A DNA stretch of 64,000 nt, from the IMG/VR virus record IMGVR_UViG_3300050821_003995, positions 1-64,000 of that record, one strand, 5' to 3'. The notes under the pieces were generated by a model. That model was not told the DNA's origin and did no database searches. It worked only from the letters and a program-made list of their open reading frames with translations. The position numbers and the translations under genes are program-made. This stretch comes from a virus. Shown piece after piece: positions 18,427 to 27,532 of the stretch (positions are counted from its first letter, which is position 1; each line of letters starts with the position of its first letter).

Positions 18427-20097
18427 TCAATGAAGTCGTATGATGCCCACCGGGCGCTTGCGTTCGTTTGCTTCGAACATGTCCGTCAGCGTCACCGTAC
18501 AATCAGCCGGGTTGGTTGAGAACACCTTGGGCTTCTCAGCCTCAGGATCAACCACACGGCCAGCAACCATTCTGTCCAACACCTGACCAATGAGGCCCAA
18601 GGCGTCAACCATATCATCGTTTTTGCCCGCTGGGAAGGTCATCAATTCCCGCTTGAACTCTGAGAACCACTTCTCATGAAACGGGCAATAAAGCCCATCC
18701 ATGGCCATCCTGCCCCGAATTGACTGCGCACGAATAGACTTATCCCCCTTGGTCGGAAACTGCTTACGAGCAATATAAAGACGGCGCTCACGCAGGCGTT
18801 TAACAAGAAACGGCCCCACGCCACTTTTGATTTGCCCTGCTTCTTCAGCCCAGCCAAGTGGTTTCCACTTTTGAATAAGGTCACACAGCGCTTCCACCCA
18901 TTTATCAGAAGCCGCCTGCTGGCGCCAGAGGTCTAGCAGGAATACCCTGCTAGCATGATCCACCCCCACCACAATATGCACGGTGTAATCGTTCTTGCCC
19001 TCACTGACCGCATAATCGCTTGCCCCATAGATGTGCAAGCTTTCGCGTGACGGCATTTTGCCGCCCGGCCACGGCTTCAGCCAATCACCTTGGAAGAAAT
19101 CACCGGTATCCGGGGCCGGGCGCTGCTGATACAAGGCGGACCAGGTACGGGGCTGGCGCTTGAAGGTCTCAAAATGATCCTCAGGAAAGTGCTCGGGCCA
19201 AAGGCGCTCACCAATTTGGCGCCCTAGAGGGTCGTCGGCCTTTTCGGCCTCAGCCGGCAAGCACACCACATACCAATCGTTGCCATCACGGCACTTTATC
19301 CAACCTGATTCCTGATTGTAATCTTCAGGAAGGATACGACCCACAGGATCGTCCTCATTCCAGTGGGTCATAATACCAACTTCGAACGCATTGGGCTTTT
19401 TACGAGTCAGGAGGTCATCAGTATAGGCATCCCAAATCTTACCCCTGACCAATTCTGAATCCGCCTGTTCACGTCCCTTGATCAAATCGTCCCAAACAAT
19501 GCCATCGGCACGGTTACCGGTGATGCCGGTCAAAATACCGGCAGCCATCCACTCACTTCCGTTAGTAAGCATCCATTCGTCAACCGCTGATGATTCTTCA
19601 GACAACGAACAATCAAAAATTCGCCTGTAATTTGGCTGTTGCACAATAGTACGAGCGCGGCGACCAAATTTCTTGGGCAAATCGCTGCCATAACTAGCCA
19701 GAATAACAGACCGTTTTGGGAATCGACCCAGAAAATGAGTGGGAAACACCACACTCGAGTACGTGCTTTTTGCTGACCCAGGTGGCCAGAGGCCAAGAAG
19801 CCGTTTTATCTGCCCATCTTCAACCTTTTGCAGGCAGTCAATCCAAAGCAGGTGGTGGGCACCAAATTTTTGTACTAATGGAACGAACTTCTCACGTTCA
19901 TTGTCATCATCAATGGACTGGTTCGTCGGGACTGTGGGGATTTCGATCGAGCTTGCGTAAGTTAGCAGGCTGTTTCTTGCCCTTAAGCGCTTGCTGCTCT
20001 CGTCCTGCAATACTTTCAACTCGTTTGAGAGCCTCCGCAATTCGCTGATTGAGTTCGGCCCCACTGACTTCGCTGATTTTGCCATTGGCATCAACAT
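18427..20097 (-). CDS. terL: terminase large subunit
   Basis: PPGSAKST Walker A, TGNRADGIVWDD Walker B, nuclease SDYAVS and KNDDMVDALG. Confidence 0.95.
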   Translation of the reverse strand: MLMPMAKSAKSVGPNSISELRRLSNELKVLQDESSKRLRARNSLLTYASSIEIPTVPTNQSIDDDNEREKFVPLVQKFGAHHLLWIDCLQKVEDGQIKRLLGLWPPGSAKSTYSSVVFPTHFLGRFPKRSVILASYGSDLPKKFGRRARTIVQQPNYRRIFDCSLSEESSAVDEWMLTNGSEWMAAGILTGITGNRADGIVWDDLIKGREQADSELVRGKIWDAYTDDLLTRKKPNAFEVGIMTHWNEDDPVGRILPEDYNQESGWIKCRDGNDWYVVCLPAEAEKADDPLGRQIGERLWPEHFPEDHFETFKRQPRTWSALYQQRPAPDTGDFFQGDWLKPWPGGKMPSRESLHIYGASDYAVSEGKNDYTVHIVVGVDHASRVFLLDLWRQQAASDKWVEALCDLIQKWKPLGWAEEAGQIKSGVGPFLVKRLRERRLYIARKQFPTKGDKSIRAQSIRGRMAMDGLYCPFHEKWFSEFKRELMTFPAGKNDDMVDALGLIGQVLDRMVAGRVVDPEAEKPKVFSTNPADCTVTLTDMFEANERKRPVGIIRLH

Positions 20098-20557
20098 TCA
20101 GGTTGGTGTTCGTCTGATTGGGCTTGCCATAGGCACGGTTGAGGATCAAATCCGCCGCCTGCAACACCGCTGTGTCGGCCGCCGTAGGGTCATTGATGAC
20201 GTTGAAGGCCCGCTGCATGGCGGCGCTGGCGAACCGCCGCGCCATATCCTGAATTTCACGGGCTTCGCGTGCCACCGTCTCACGCAGCACAACCCTGGGA
20301 TGACGCGGGGGCTTGACTTTCATGTAACGTGACCTTCGTTTGGAGTAGATTGATATACCGTCCAACTCACCCTTAGCCGCTTTTTTGTTATGAATAGCCC
20401 AAGTCTTGCGTAATCCTTCCAACCGACGCGCATTGGCCTCAGGCGAGTAGTTTTCCGCTAGGCCAAATTGGCTGCCTTTCAATCTCTCTGACATGGCTTG
20501 ATGCTGCGGATAAGCCGTCAGTGTGGTTCGCCTGTCAAGTCTGTTCGGGGCGGTCAA
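19910..20557 (-). CDS. terminase small subunit candidate
   Basis: AADLILNRAYGKP motif; immediately upstream of and overlapping TerL. Confidence 0.65.
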   Translation of the reverse strand: MTAPNRLDRRTTLTAYPQHQAMSERLKGSQFGLAENYSPEANARRLEGLRKTWAIHNKKAAKGELDGISIYSKRRSRYMKVKPPRHPRVVLRETVAREAREIQDMARRFASAAMQRAFNVINDPTAADTAVLQAADLILNRAYGKPNQTNTNLNVDANGKISEVSGAELNQRIAEALKRVESIAGREQQALKGKKQPANLRKLDRNPHSPDEPVH

Positions 20558-21066
20558 TGCATCGCCTTCTTCATGCGCGCCAACAGCCTAGGATCATCGA
20601 CGTAAGGCGTCAAGTCGAGGTCTTTTGGCACCTTGATCAGTTTTTCGTGTTCGTCGGCCTTGATGTAGGGCCGGTAGGCTTCCTGATAGGGTTTCCAAAT
20701 AAGTCCAGCCTTCATGACCGCACGGCGCTCGTAGCCAGTGGCAGCCGCATGGGCATGGGCATACTTCCAGCCCAGGGCATCAATCACGGCCTTCTCAAAC
20801 GATTCGTGATCAATCAAGAACTGACGAACGTTGTATTCTTTGGTTTTGCCATCGTGGTGGTACGAAAACATTTCAGGAAGGTGCCGGTCAATGTAAATGA
20901 CCTTCCCGTCCTCGGAATAGCCAGCCAAATATGGCAGGTCGAAGTCGTCACAGAGCCGCTCATACCTGTGCAGCCGGCTCCTGATCTCAGGGTCCTTCTC
21001 AAGGCGCGTAACCAGCAACGTGCTCTGGCTGCCGGCCGCTTCCACATGTCTATGGCCTGTTGACAC
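20554..21066 (-). CDS. HExxE zincin-like protein
   Basis: IDHESFE...YAHAHAAATGYE pattern. Confidence 0.5.
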   Translation of the reverse strand: MSTGHRHVEAAGSQSTLLVTRLEKDPEIRSRLHRYERLCDDFDLPYLAGYSEDGKVIYIDRHLPEMFSYHHDGKTKEYNVRQFLIDHESFEKAVIDALGWKYAHAHAAATGYERRAVMKAGLIWKPYQEAYRPYIKADEHEKLIKVPKDLDLTPYVDDPRLLARMKKAMH

Positions 21067-21346
21067 TAGGGGCCTTCATTCTGCTACCCACCCGGTGAGC
21101 GTTCGGTACGCCTGATAACCTGTAGTGACCCTTACGGGCGTGCGGTGGATGTCCGTATCCGTGGGCACCCTTAACGTGACCATGCTGAAAAGGCTTGGGC
21201 AACGTGCCTACACCGTGCATGACACCGGGCGTCTCAGGCACTGAGGGCGCCGCGTAATTGCCAACCCCAGGCCCAGGGATAGGATTTGTGCCGGCGATTT
21301 GGTTCGCCGGAACCGCTGGGGTCTGACTATAAAACCTCTTGGGCAC
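21050..21346 (-). CDS. small Gly/His/Pro-rich basic protein
   Basis: C-terminal GAHGYG..RKGHYRLSG..AHRVG shared with the upstream gene. Confidence 0.65.
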   Translation of the reverse strand: MPKRFYSQTPAVPANQIAGTNPIPGPGVGNYAAPSVPETPGVMHGVGTLPKPFQHGHVKGAHGYGHPPHARKGHYRLSGVPNAHRVGSRMKAPSVNRP

Positions 21347-22084
21347 TTATCTCTTTCCCAGCATGTGCGCCCCGGAATGTCCCGAGACGCGGTGAGCGCC
21401 CCGCCTGTGTGTACCGGTGAAACCGTGCGCACCGCTGGTGGCCGGCATTTTGAAGCTGTGTGCTGGCCCCATGCCGTGACCGATATGGTGTTCAGCAATG
21501 TCCTTGCTGCCCGCACCAATGGGTTTGCCGTGGGGCTGCTTCTCATGCCCCTCACCATCCTCATGTACCAAATGACTGCCACGCTTCTCACTTCCCACAT
21601 TAGCTACGGGTTTCATTGAGTGTCCTTCCTTGCCATGGGCTTCACTGCCCCAATGCTCACGCTGCTCGCCAGCAAAGCTCTGGCCTGAATGCCCCTGTGG
21701 GCCGTCATGAATGCCGATTGACTTGCCGCCCGGCTGCTTGGCCTGCTTGCCGCCGTCGTATTTGCCATACGGGGGCTTGCCCTCACGCTTGAAACCTGGG
21801 TTCCCCGGAAAGTGCCCACTACGGTCGTAGTTCTTTTCCTTCTTGGGTTTTGACTGACCACTTTCGGACAGCGCAATAGCCTGCGCTTGTTTGGGGTTGG
21901 TCACCACTGGGCCTTTGGGCGATCCTGAATGAAGTTCCCCTTGTCCAAACTTGTGCATCTCAGTTTTGACAACCTTGCGCTTCTGCGCCTTGGTGCGCGT
22001 GGGGCCTACGGGCATCGCCTTGCTCCTGTTCCGCAACGTAGTTGTTGCTATTTCGCTTAAATTCGGGTTTGGTGAGTTGACCAT
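21347..22084 (-). CDS. MCP-N-arm-tagged, DUF6496-like, His/Gly/Lys-rich protein
   Basis: PNLSEIATTTLRNR matches MCP; EMHKFGQGELHSGS..VTNPKQAQAIALSE resembles DUF6496. Confidence 0.75.
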   Translation of the reverse strand: MVNSPNPNLSEIATTTLRNRSKAMPVGPTRTKAQKRKVVKTEMHKFGQGELHSGSPKGPVVTNPKQAQAIALSESGQSKPKKEKNYDRSGHFPGNPGFKREGKPPYGKYDGGKQAKQPGGKSIGIHDGPQGHSGQSFAGEQREHWGSEAHGKEGHSMKPVANVGSEKRGSHLVHEDGEGHEKQPHGKPIGAGSKDIAEHHIGHGMGPAHSFKMPATSGAHGFTGTHRRGAHRVSGHSGAHMLGKR

Positions 22085-22085
22085 T

Positions 22086-22922
22086 TCAATATCTCACAAG
22101 AACAAAGCCCTGCGTACCCGCACCGCCCGAGCCGGTGCCATCAACATTGCTCGGGCCACCGCCACCGCCACCGCCGCCGTAGCCAATAGTTGGTGCGGCG
22201 CCAGATGTAGGGGTTGAGTTGCCGCCCGCCCCTCCATTGCCCCAATAAGATGTGGCACCACCACCGCCGCCCGATGTACCTGTCCCGCCAGCGCCGGCAG
22301 CAAAACCACCAAGTGCAGCACCATTACCACCACTTGATGCCGCGCTGCCACCACCGCCACCGCCGCCGCCTGCACGAGCATAAAATCCTGGTGTAGTTGC
22401 ACCGGCAGCACCGCCATTACCGGCCACAGCACCGCCAACACCACCTGCTGAGCCTCCACCGGCACCCCCAACTCCTCCAGTGGTACCCGTAGTCCCAACC
22501 CCAGGGAGACCACCCGTTAACGACGGAAATGAACTATTTGCCCCAGTAATTGTTGTGGCCCCACCCTGCACACCTGTCACGTTGTGTGCACCACCAGTAC
22601 CCGCAATGCCAACCGTGATAGTAAGCGTGGCCCCAGCCGTGACGTTTAGCGGATAGCCGCCAGTGCATTGTGCTGAGCCACCGCCACCACCACCGGCATT
22701 CGCGCCGGTCGCGCCGCCACCACCGCCACCGCCACCGCCGCCACAACCATCAACGTAGATAACAGTCACACCACCCGGAACCACCCATGAGTTCGCACCG
22801 GTCGTGGTGAAAAGTTTGGAGGTTTGTGCGTAGGCAGGGAACCCGACTTCGGCGTAGGCAAAATTTGTCAGCAAAATCGAAGTGAGCAACAGCCCCGCAA
22901 GGAATGTGCTTATCTTTTTCAT
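22086..22922 (-). CDS. glycine-rich fibre-like protein with signal peptide
   Basis: MKKISTFLAGLLLTSILLTNFAYA-E; WVVPGGVT...GGGGGG...GFVLVRY Gly-rich phage fibre domain. Confidence 0.75.
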   Translation of the reverse strand: MKKISTFLAGLLLTSILLTNFAYAEVGFPAYAQTSKLFTTTGANSWVVPGGVTVIYVDGCGGGGGGGGGGATGANAGGGGGGSAQCTGGYPLNVTAGATLTITVGIAGTGGAHNVTGVQGGATTITGANSSFPSLTGGLPGVGTTGTTGGVGGAGGGSAGGVGGAVAGNGGAAGATTPGFYARAGGGGGGGGSAASSGGNGAALGGFAAGAGGTGTSGGGGGATSYWGNGGAGGNSTPTSGAAPTIGYGGGGGGGGPSNVDGTGSGGAGTQGFVLVRY

Positions 22923-22923
22923 G

Positions 22924-23814
22924 TTACCAAATCCTGTACGCGAGCTTGTGCCCTGTTGTCGCACACATGACGTGCGGGATGCCGGGCTTATAAGCATCGG
23001 GGGATTTTACCCATCCACCATTGGCTGCAAGAACATCACCCGTGCTACTTGACGCCGCCGTACCCTCTGACACGTTGCACGACTCGGACGGGTCGGGATT
23101 TGAAATCTGGAAACCATTCGTCGGCGTCGCCAGTGTCTGATCGACACCGCCGGTCGCAATGGTGATCTGCGAATAGGTTCCGGCCTGACCAATGTTTACT
23201 GCTTGAGAAGTCGGGAAGCTATCACTCGACACCGTGACGCGCGGGATACCGGCACCACCTGTACCCGTTCCGGTCACAACATTCGCACCACCAAATTGGG
23301 TTACGTTGTCAACCCAAGGGGACGTGCCCTGATTGGCTGTGACAGTGCCACCACCACCGTTGGTGCTGGCACCACCACCAATTGTCGTGGCCGCAATGGT
23401 GACCGTAGCCGCCGCCGTGGCAACCGTGTTGCCGCGTGCTCTTGCGGCACAAAAGCCAACTGCCGAACCTTGGAATACACCGTTAGCCGTGATGGTTGAC
23501 TGCCCGGTGGTTGAGTTAAGCGGATACACCTGAAGGGTGGACCACGTACCAGCACTGTCACAACTTTGCACTTCAGGAACGATGGTGCCCGACCAACTAC
23601 CCGTTACCGTAAAGGTGAAAGTGCCATAAGCACCAAACAGGCTCAGCGGATCGGTAACCTTCGCACCAACCGATACTGTGCCGGTGCCGGGTGACGTGGG
23701 GATGGTACCAAAATTGACCTGTGAGCCAAGTGTAACTTGATTGCCCTGCGCAAACGCCCCACAAAGCGAAGCAAACAAGAAGAAGCCGGTAAGAAATGCC
23801 CTCAGCTTGCCCAT
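22924..23814 (-). CDS. Thr/Gly/Ser-rich beta protein with signal peptide
   Basis: MGKLRAFLTGFFLFASLCGAFA-Q; composition resembles virion appendage proteins. Confidence 0.7.
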   Translation of the reverse strand: MGKLRAFLTGFFLFASLCGAFAQGNQVTLGSQVNFGTIPTSPGTGTVSVGAKVTDPLSLFGAYGTFTFTVTGSWSGTIVPEVQSCDSAGTWSTLQVYPLNSTTGQSTITANGVFQGSAVGFCAARARGNTVATAAATVTIAATTIGGGASTNGGGGTVTANQGTSPWVDNVTQFGGANVVTGTGTGGAGIPRVTVSSDSFPTSQAVNIGQAGTYSQITIATGGVDQTLATPTNGFQISNPDPSESCNVSEGTAASSSTGDVLAANGGWVKSPDAYKPGIPHVMCATTGHKLAYRIW

Positions 23815-23825
23815 TGCCCTGCTTC

Positions 23826-24164
23826 CTATTTTAGGAGTTCAACGCTCACCGGGCCTAGCCCGGCCAAATGCAACATATTGGCAACCGCCAATGTTACATC
23901 GAGAATTCTATGTTTCTTATATGGCCCCCTGTCGTTTATCCTTGCCACCACGTGATACCTGCCGTGTTTGACCAGCACCTTGGAGCCTAACGGCCACGTG
24001 CGGTGTGCCACCGTCAAGGCGCGATCATTCATGCGCTCACCTGAAGCCGTCCATTTGTTGTGGCGTTCATGGGACGTGTACACGCTGGCAATACCATTTT
24101 GCGCCCCAGCCGTGCCCGTGAGTGCTATCAACAGTGCAAGCGCGGCGGGGGTAGCGCGTCCCAT
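23826..24164 (-). CDS. rlpA: RlpA-like (double-psi beta-barrel) lytic transglycosylase
   Basis: TASGE...LTVAHRTWPLGS...RINDRGPY...RILDVT; signal peptide. Confidence 0.9.
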   Translation of the reverse strand: MGRATPAALALLIALTGTAGAQNGIASVYTSHERHNKWTASGERMNDRALTVAHRTWPLGSKVLVKHGRYHVVARINDRGPYKKHRILDVTLAVANMLHLAGLGPVSVELLK

Positions 24165-24454
24165 CAGGGTGCCTTGTTGGCCGTTATTTTGATGTCTGTG
24201 GCGTATAGGCCCTTGGGGCCGGTTACTGCCGTGAAACTCACCTGGGCACCGTCATTGAGGGCCACAATGCCTGACTTACGAAGTTCCTTGACGTGGATGA
24301 AGACATCCTTCTCGGCTCCAACGTCAATGAAACCGTAGCCTTTCTCAGGGTCAAAAAACTTTATCTTGCCTGAGGACGGAAGCACAACAGCCCCGTTCGC
24401 CGGGGCAGTTCCAGTTTCGCTTGTCATCACAGAACCCACTTTGACGCCTGCCAT
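24164..24454 (-). CDS. csp: cold-shock domain protein
   Basis: GKIKFFDPEKGYGFI...DVFIH...GPKGLYATDI. Confidence 0.92.
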   Translation of the reverse strand: MAGVKVGSVMTSETGTAPANGAVVLPSSGKIKFFDPEKGYGFIDVGAEKDVFIHVKELRKSGIVALNDGAQVSFTAVTGPKGLYATDIKITANKAP

Positions 24455-24498
24455 TGAGAATGGACAAGCGCGATGACTAATTTATTGAATGGGTTCTG

Positions 24499-25230
24499 TC
24501 AAGGCTGAGGAGCCAGCCGATCAAGTATTGACGCCCTGCGGCCAGCTTCCAGCTCCTTGAGCTTCTGGCCTTTTTGAATATAGGGGTTGGCTTTCATCAG
24601 CCTGACCCGTTCGTCCAGCCGGTCACCGCTCAATACGACCGGGAAGTTGAAGCTGTCATGAAACATAAAATGTTTGGAATCAACGGAAGGACGTGTACAC
24701 TCGAAAGCGAACTTCGACGCAAGCTGTTCGGGTGCCCATTTGAAACCGTGTTGCTCCAAGGTGGGACGGTAAACCCGGCACAGAAGTTCGTCCTCTTTGC
24801 CTTTGACCGGAAATACATCACGGTGCTTGACCAAAAAATCCATCAAGCGCTTTGATCGCAAGCCTGTACCGTTGCCTACGTTGTGGCCGTCATTGTACCA
24901 CCAAGGTGCCCCAACATAATCGTATTCCAAATATTCTGGGTCCCACATTTCCGGGTTGGTTACCCAACCATCCCATTGGATGGTGAGCATGTGTTTTGAC
25001 GGAATATATTCTGGCAATTTATACCAAAGAAATTCACAATAACCCTGCACTGTGTTCCATGGCTCAATATCAACTTGACGGCCACCATGCGGTCCCAAAT
25101 ACTTATCGGAAATAACAAGCAAGTCTTCCGGTTCAACTAATTCTAAAGTATCCCGCAAAGCCAGCTTGGCCAGTTCGGGGCAGGTGGCATCCATCATTAC
25201 CAAAGTAACGCCCGGCAAATGCAACGCCAT
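24499..25230 (-). CDS. DUF5672-like GT-A glycosyltransferase
   Basis: LTIQWDGWV..W..EYLEYDYVGAPW..VGNG..LRSKRL..ED. Confidence 0.75.
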   Translation of the reverse strand: MALHLPGVTLVMMDATCPELAKLALRDTLELVEPEDLLVISDKYLGPHGGRQVDIEPWNTVQGYCEFLWYKLPEYIPSKHMLTIQWDGWVTNPEMWDPEYLEYDYVGAPWWYNDGHNVGNGTGLRSKRLMDFLVKHRDVFPVKGKEDELLCRVYRPTLEQHGFKWAPEQLASKFAFECTRPSVDSKHFMFHDSFNFPVVLSGDRLDERVRLMKANPYIQKGQKLKELEAGRRASILDRLAPQP

Positions 25231-25416
25231 TTAGGTGCGGTGTTCCCCACACCACTCAGCGGGGCCTTTGTAAACCACGGTAGGGTAACGCCGACAAGCC
25301 CGATTGGTTGTGTTCAACCCCCGACCTGGGACCTCAAAATCGTGAGGGTCCTTGGTCTTCAAATCATAGTGCTTGCAGGTGAGACAGGTGGGTGAGTCTT
25401 CGGTTCGCTCGGCCAT
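25231..25416 (-). CDS. small Cys-rich protein
   Basis: CLTCKH..CRRYP..WCGEH; GGAGGG SD. Confidence 0.6.
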   Translation of the reverse strand: MAERTEDSPTCLTCKHYDLKTKDPHDFEVPGRGLNTTNRACRRYPTVVYKGPAEWCGEHRT

Positions 25417-25572
25417 GGGTCCCTCCAAACTGTTCACAATGTATCACGATGCTGCCTACAGGCAACAGTAACCGGTTAATCGGCGGTTAGCGGTTCACGC
25501 GCAGTAGGTGGCTATGAACCACCAGAAAACTATGAAACCCAGAAACACGAATATGATTGTCGTCATCGGCGG

Positions 25573-26052
25573 TTAACGCCCGTTTGTTGGTTCAAGGATA
25601 AAACAGGCGATATGCCGGCCGGTCCCTTTGCCTTGGGATCCATCCTCGGTCGCCAGCCACCGCACGCCGCCGAGATTCCGAATCTCCGCACCTGCCTTGA
25701 CCAACATCAGCACCCATTTATTGACCGGATAGACCAGCACGACGCGCTTGCCCTTAGCCTGCTCAGCTAGAGCCTTTCTGACCCATGCCGTGGGGCCTTT
25801 CTTGCGGCCCTGGTGCATGATGGATCCGAAGGGTGGATTGACATAGTTGGATTGGCCCCACTCACAGGTGAGGCCGTCAAAGCCGTCTGGCAGGGGATAG
25901 GGCGCTGGGTCGAAGTCAAAATCAAATTCGAGTTGGAGCTGCGCCATCAGCTCGGGTGGCGTGATCCAGTAATGCTTGCCGTCGTCGCCGTTGCCTACAT
26001 GGAATTTGTTGTCGGCAGGCGCGAGTAAAGATTGGTGCGGTGCGCCAGACAT
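25573..26052 (-). CDS. phage-type DNA N6-adenine methyltransferase
   Basis: W.TPPEL, FDFDPAP, DGL..EW..YVNPPF. Confidence 0.8.
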   Translation of the reverse strand: MSGAPHQSLLAPADNKFHVGNGDDGKHYWITPPELMAQLQLEFDFDFDPAPYPLPDGFDGLTCEWGQSNYVNPPFGSIMHQGRKKGPTAWVRKALAEQAKGKRVVLVYPVNKWVLMLVKAGAEIRNLGGVRWLATEDGSQGKGTGRHIACFILEPTNGR

Positions 26053-26091
26053 TCGGGTGTTGTCGTCCTGCTTTAGCGTTCGTGTCGGCGG

Positions 26092-26262
26092 TTAGTCGTC
26101 GCGAAACGTCGTTTGAGAGCGGTCCATCACGTCGGCAATACGCTCAACTGCGGTCACAAAGCGGTCTAGCATGTCGATCATTTCCGCGTCCTTTTCCGCG
26201 AAGTCGAGCTTGCGTTTTACTCTCGCCGCCTTGCGGGCCTCGTATTGCTCTTTCGGCGTCAT
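26092..26262 (-). CDS. hypothetical protein (56 aa)
   Basis: Manual translation MTPKEQYEARKAARVKRK...TFRDD. Confidence 0.55.
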   Translation of the reverse strand: MTPKEQYEARKAARVKRKLDFAEKDAEMIDMLDRFVTAVERIADVMDRSQTTFRDD

Positions 26263-26286
26263 GGCGACATACGTCCTGTTAACCGG

Positions 26287-26649
26287 CTACAGCCGGCTTC
26301 TCACGTTGCTGTCAAAGCCCTTGACGGCGTTGAATTGATCCGTGTTGACCGTAATGGAGCAAGGCTCACCTTTCATAGCCTCAAGCACCGCCCAATCGTC
26401 CACCCGCTGCAACGGCGGCATGTCGGGGTCACCGCCGCCTTCCTCAGCCCGGTAGCGGTCAAAGAAATCAGCCGTATCCTCAACGCTTTTAACGTAAATA
26501 GGGTCCATGCCCAGTTCATTGGCGGCCTTGGCATAAGCCCTCAGCGCAGTCGGTGCAGCGGGGTCACGTGCCCCCAACACAAACTTCGGCCATTTGGGTA
26601 TGGTGCCGTCACGGCGAACCACTAGGTACTTGTCGGTAAGCTGAGCCAT
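26287..26649 (-). CDS. hypothetical phage protein
   Basis: KYLVVRRDG..FVLGARDPAAPTALRAYA; SD present. Confidence 0.65.
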   Translation of the reverse strand: MAQLTDKYLVVRRDGTIPKWPKFVLGARDPAAPTALRAYAKAANELGMDPIYVKSVEDTADFFDRYRAEEGGGDPDMPPLQRVDDWAVLEAMKGEPCSITVNTDQFNAVKGFDSNVRSRL

Positions 26650-26660
26650 TTTGTTTCCTT

Positions 26661-26852
26661 TTATAAACGCCCCATTCCGTCCTTACGCCGCTGGTCTTCG
26701 AGTGCTACAGCGTCGTTGTACCATTTCTCGAACCGTTGGAGGCGTTCAATCTCGACTATCGCGTCAGCGATATCAATTGCCGTTTGCTTGTCACTGGCAA
26801 TGGTACGATCCGGGGGGTTATAGCCACGCAGCCTTTCCAAAATATCACTCAT
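26661..26852 (-). CDS. hypothetical phage protein
   Basis: MSDILERLR...ADAIVEIERL motif common in phage accessory genes. Confidence 0.6.
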   Translation of the reverse strand: MSDILERLRGYNPPDRTIASDKQTAIDIADAIVEIERLQRFEKWYNDAVALEDQRRKDGMGRL

Positions 26853-27064
26853 GAATGCTCTACCCTTTCAAGCTTCATCACATAGCCCAAAGCGTTGGCC
26901 CAATCAACGAAGGCGTTCAGGCTTGGTGACTGCACGCCACGCTCCCAGCGTCGTATGGTGTCAGGGTGATAGCCAAGCCGCTGACCCAAACGGCCAGTGT
27001 CAAGCCGTTTTGACCTGCGGGTGCCACGTAAAAGGTCAAGTGACTCGCGTACAATCACGGCCAC
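26849..27064 (-). CDS. XRE-family HTH protein
   Basis: LGQRLGYHPDTIRRWERGVQSPSL..WANALGY; start uncertain. Confidence 0.75.
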   Translation of the reverse strand: MAVIVRESLDLLRGTRRSKRLDTGRLGQRLGYHPDTIRRWERGVQSPSLNAFVDWANALGYVMKLERVEHS

Positions 27065-27396
27065 TCCATGCGGGCTATCGCGGCTTCGGCACATGCCCGA
27101 TCCAGTGATGATTTTATCACGTGTGCTTGCTCGGTGATAGTGAAAGCTGAGAACCACTTGCGGCAGTCAAACTCACGGCACGCCTTGGGCGCGCGGTCGT
27201 GAATTGAACAGCCCTCACCTTCCAAATACCAGCAATCACCATTTGGCTTGTGTGCCAACATGAATTCGGTGGGGCCATCGTTGCCCTTGCGGGTAGGCTC
27301 AACCACATAGGCTTGACGGTCTTCTGTCGGGTCAAGGATAATACGCTGGCTCTTGCAGCAAGCGACACATCCGTTGCAAGGAACATAAGTCATCAA
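27055..27396 (-). CDS. YkgJ-like Zn/Fe-cluster protein
   Basis: CNGCVACC...CWYL...CSIHDRAPKACREFDC. Confidence 0.8.
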   Translation of the reverse strand: MMTYVPCNGCVACCKSQRIILDPTEDRQAYVVEPTRKGNDGPTEFMLAHKPNGDCWYLEGEGCSIHDRAPKACREFDCRKWFSAFTITEQAHVIKSSLDRACAEAAIARMEWP

Positions 27397-27532
27397 ATGC
27401 CCTTACCAGTAAGCTTGTCAAGGTTTCGAATTTGCACCGCCAGTATTGTTTCTATTTTCCCCAAAGTTCGGCTTATTGACCACAAAATACCAATCAAGAT
27501 TACCCCTATGACAACCAGAATATATTCCATGT

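Noticed and set aside
22150-22750. GGC/GGT-rich repeats as CRISPR or a tandem array
   Set aside because: They encode poly-Gly; no repeat-spacer periodicity. No CRISPR array was seen anywhere in the window.
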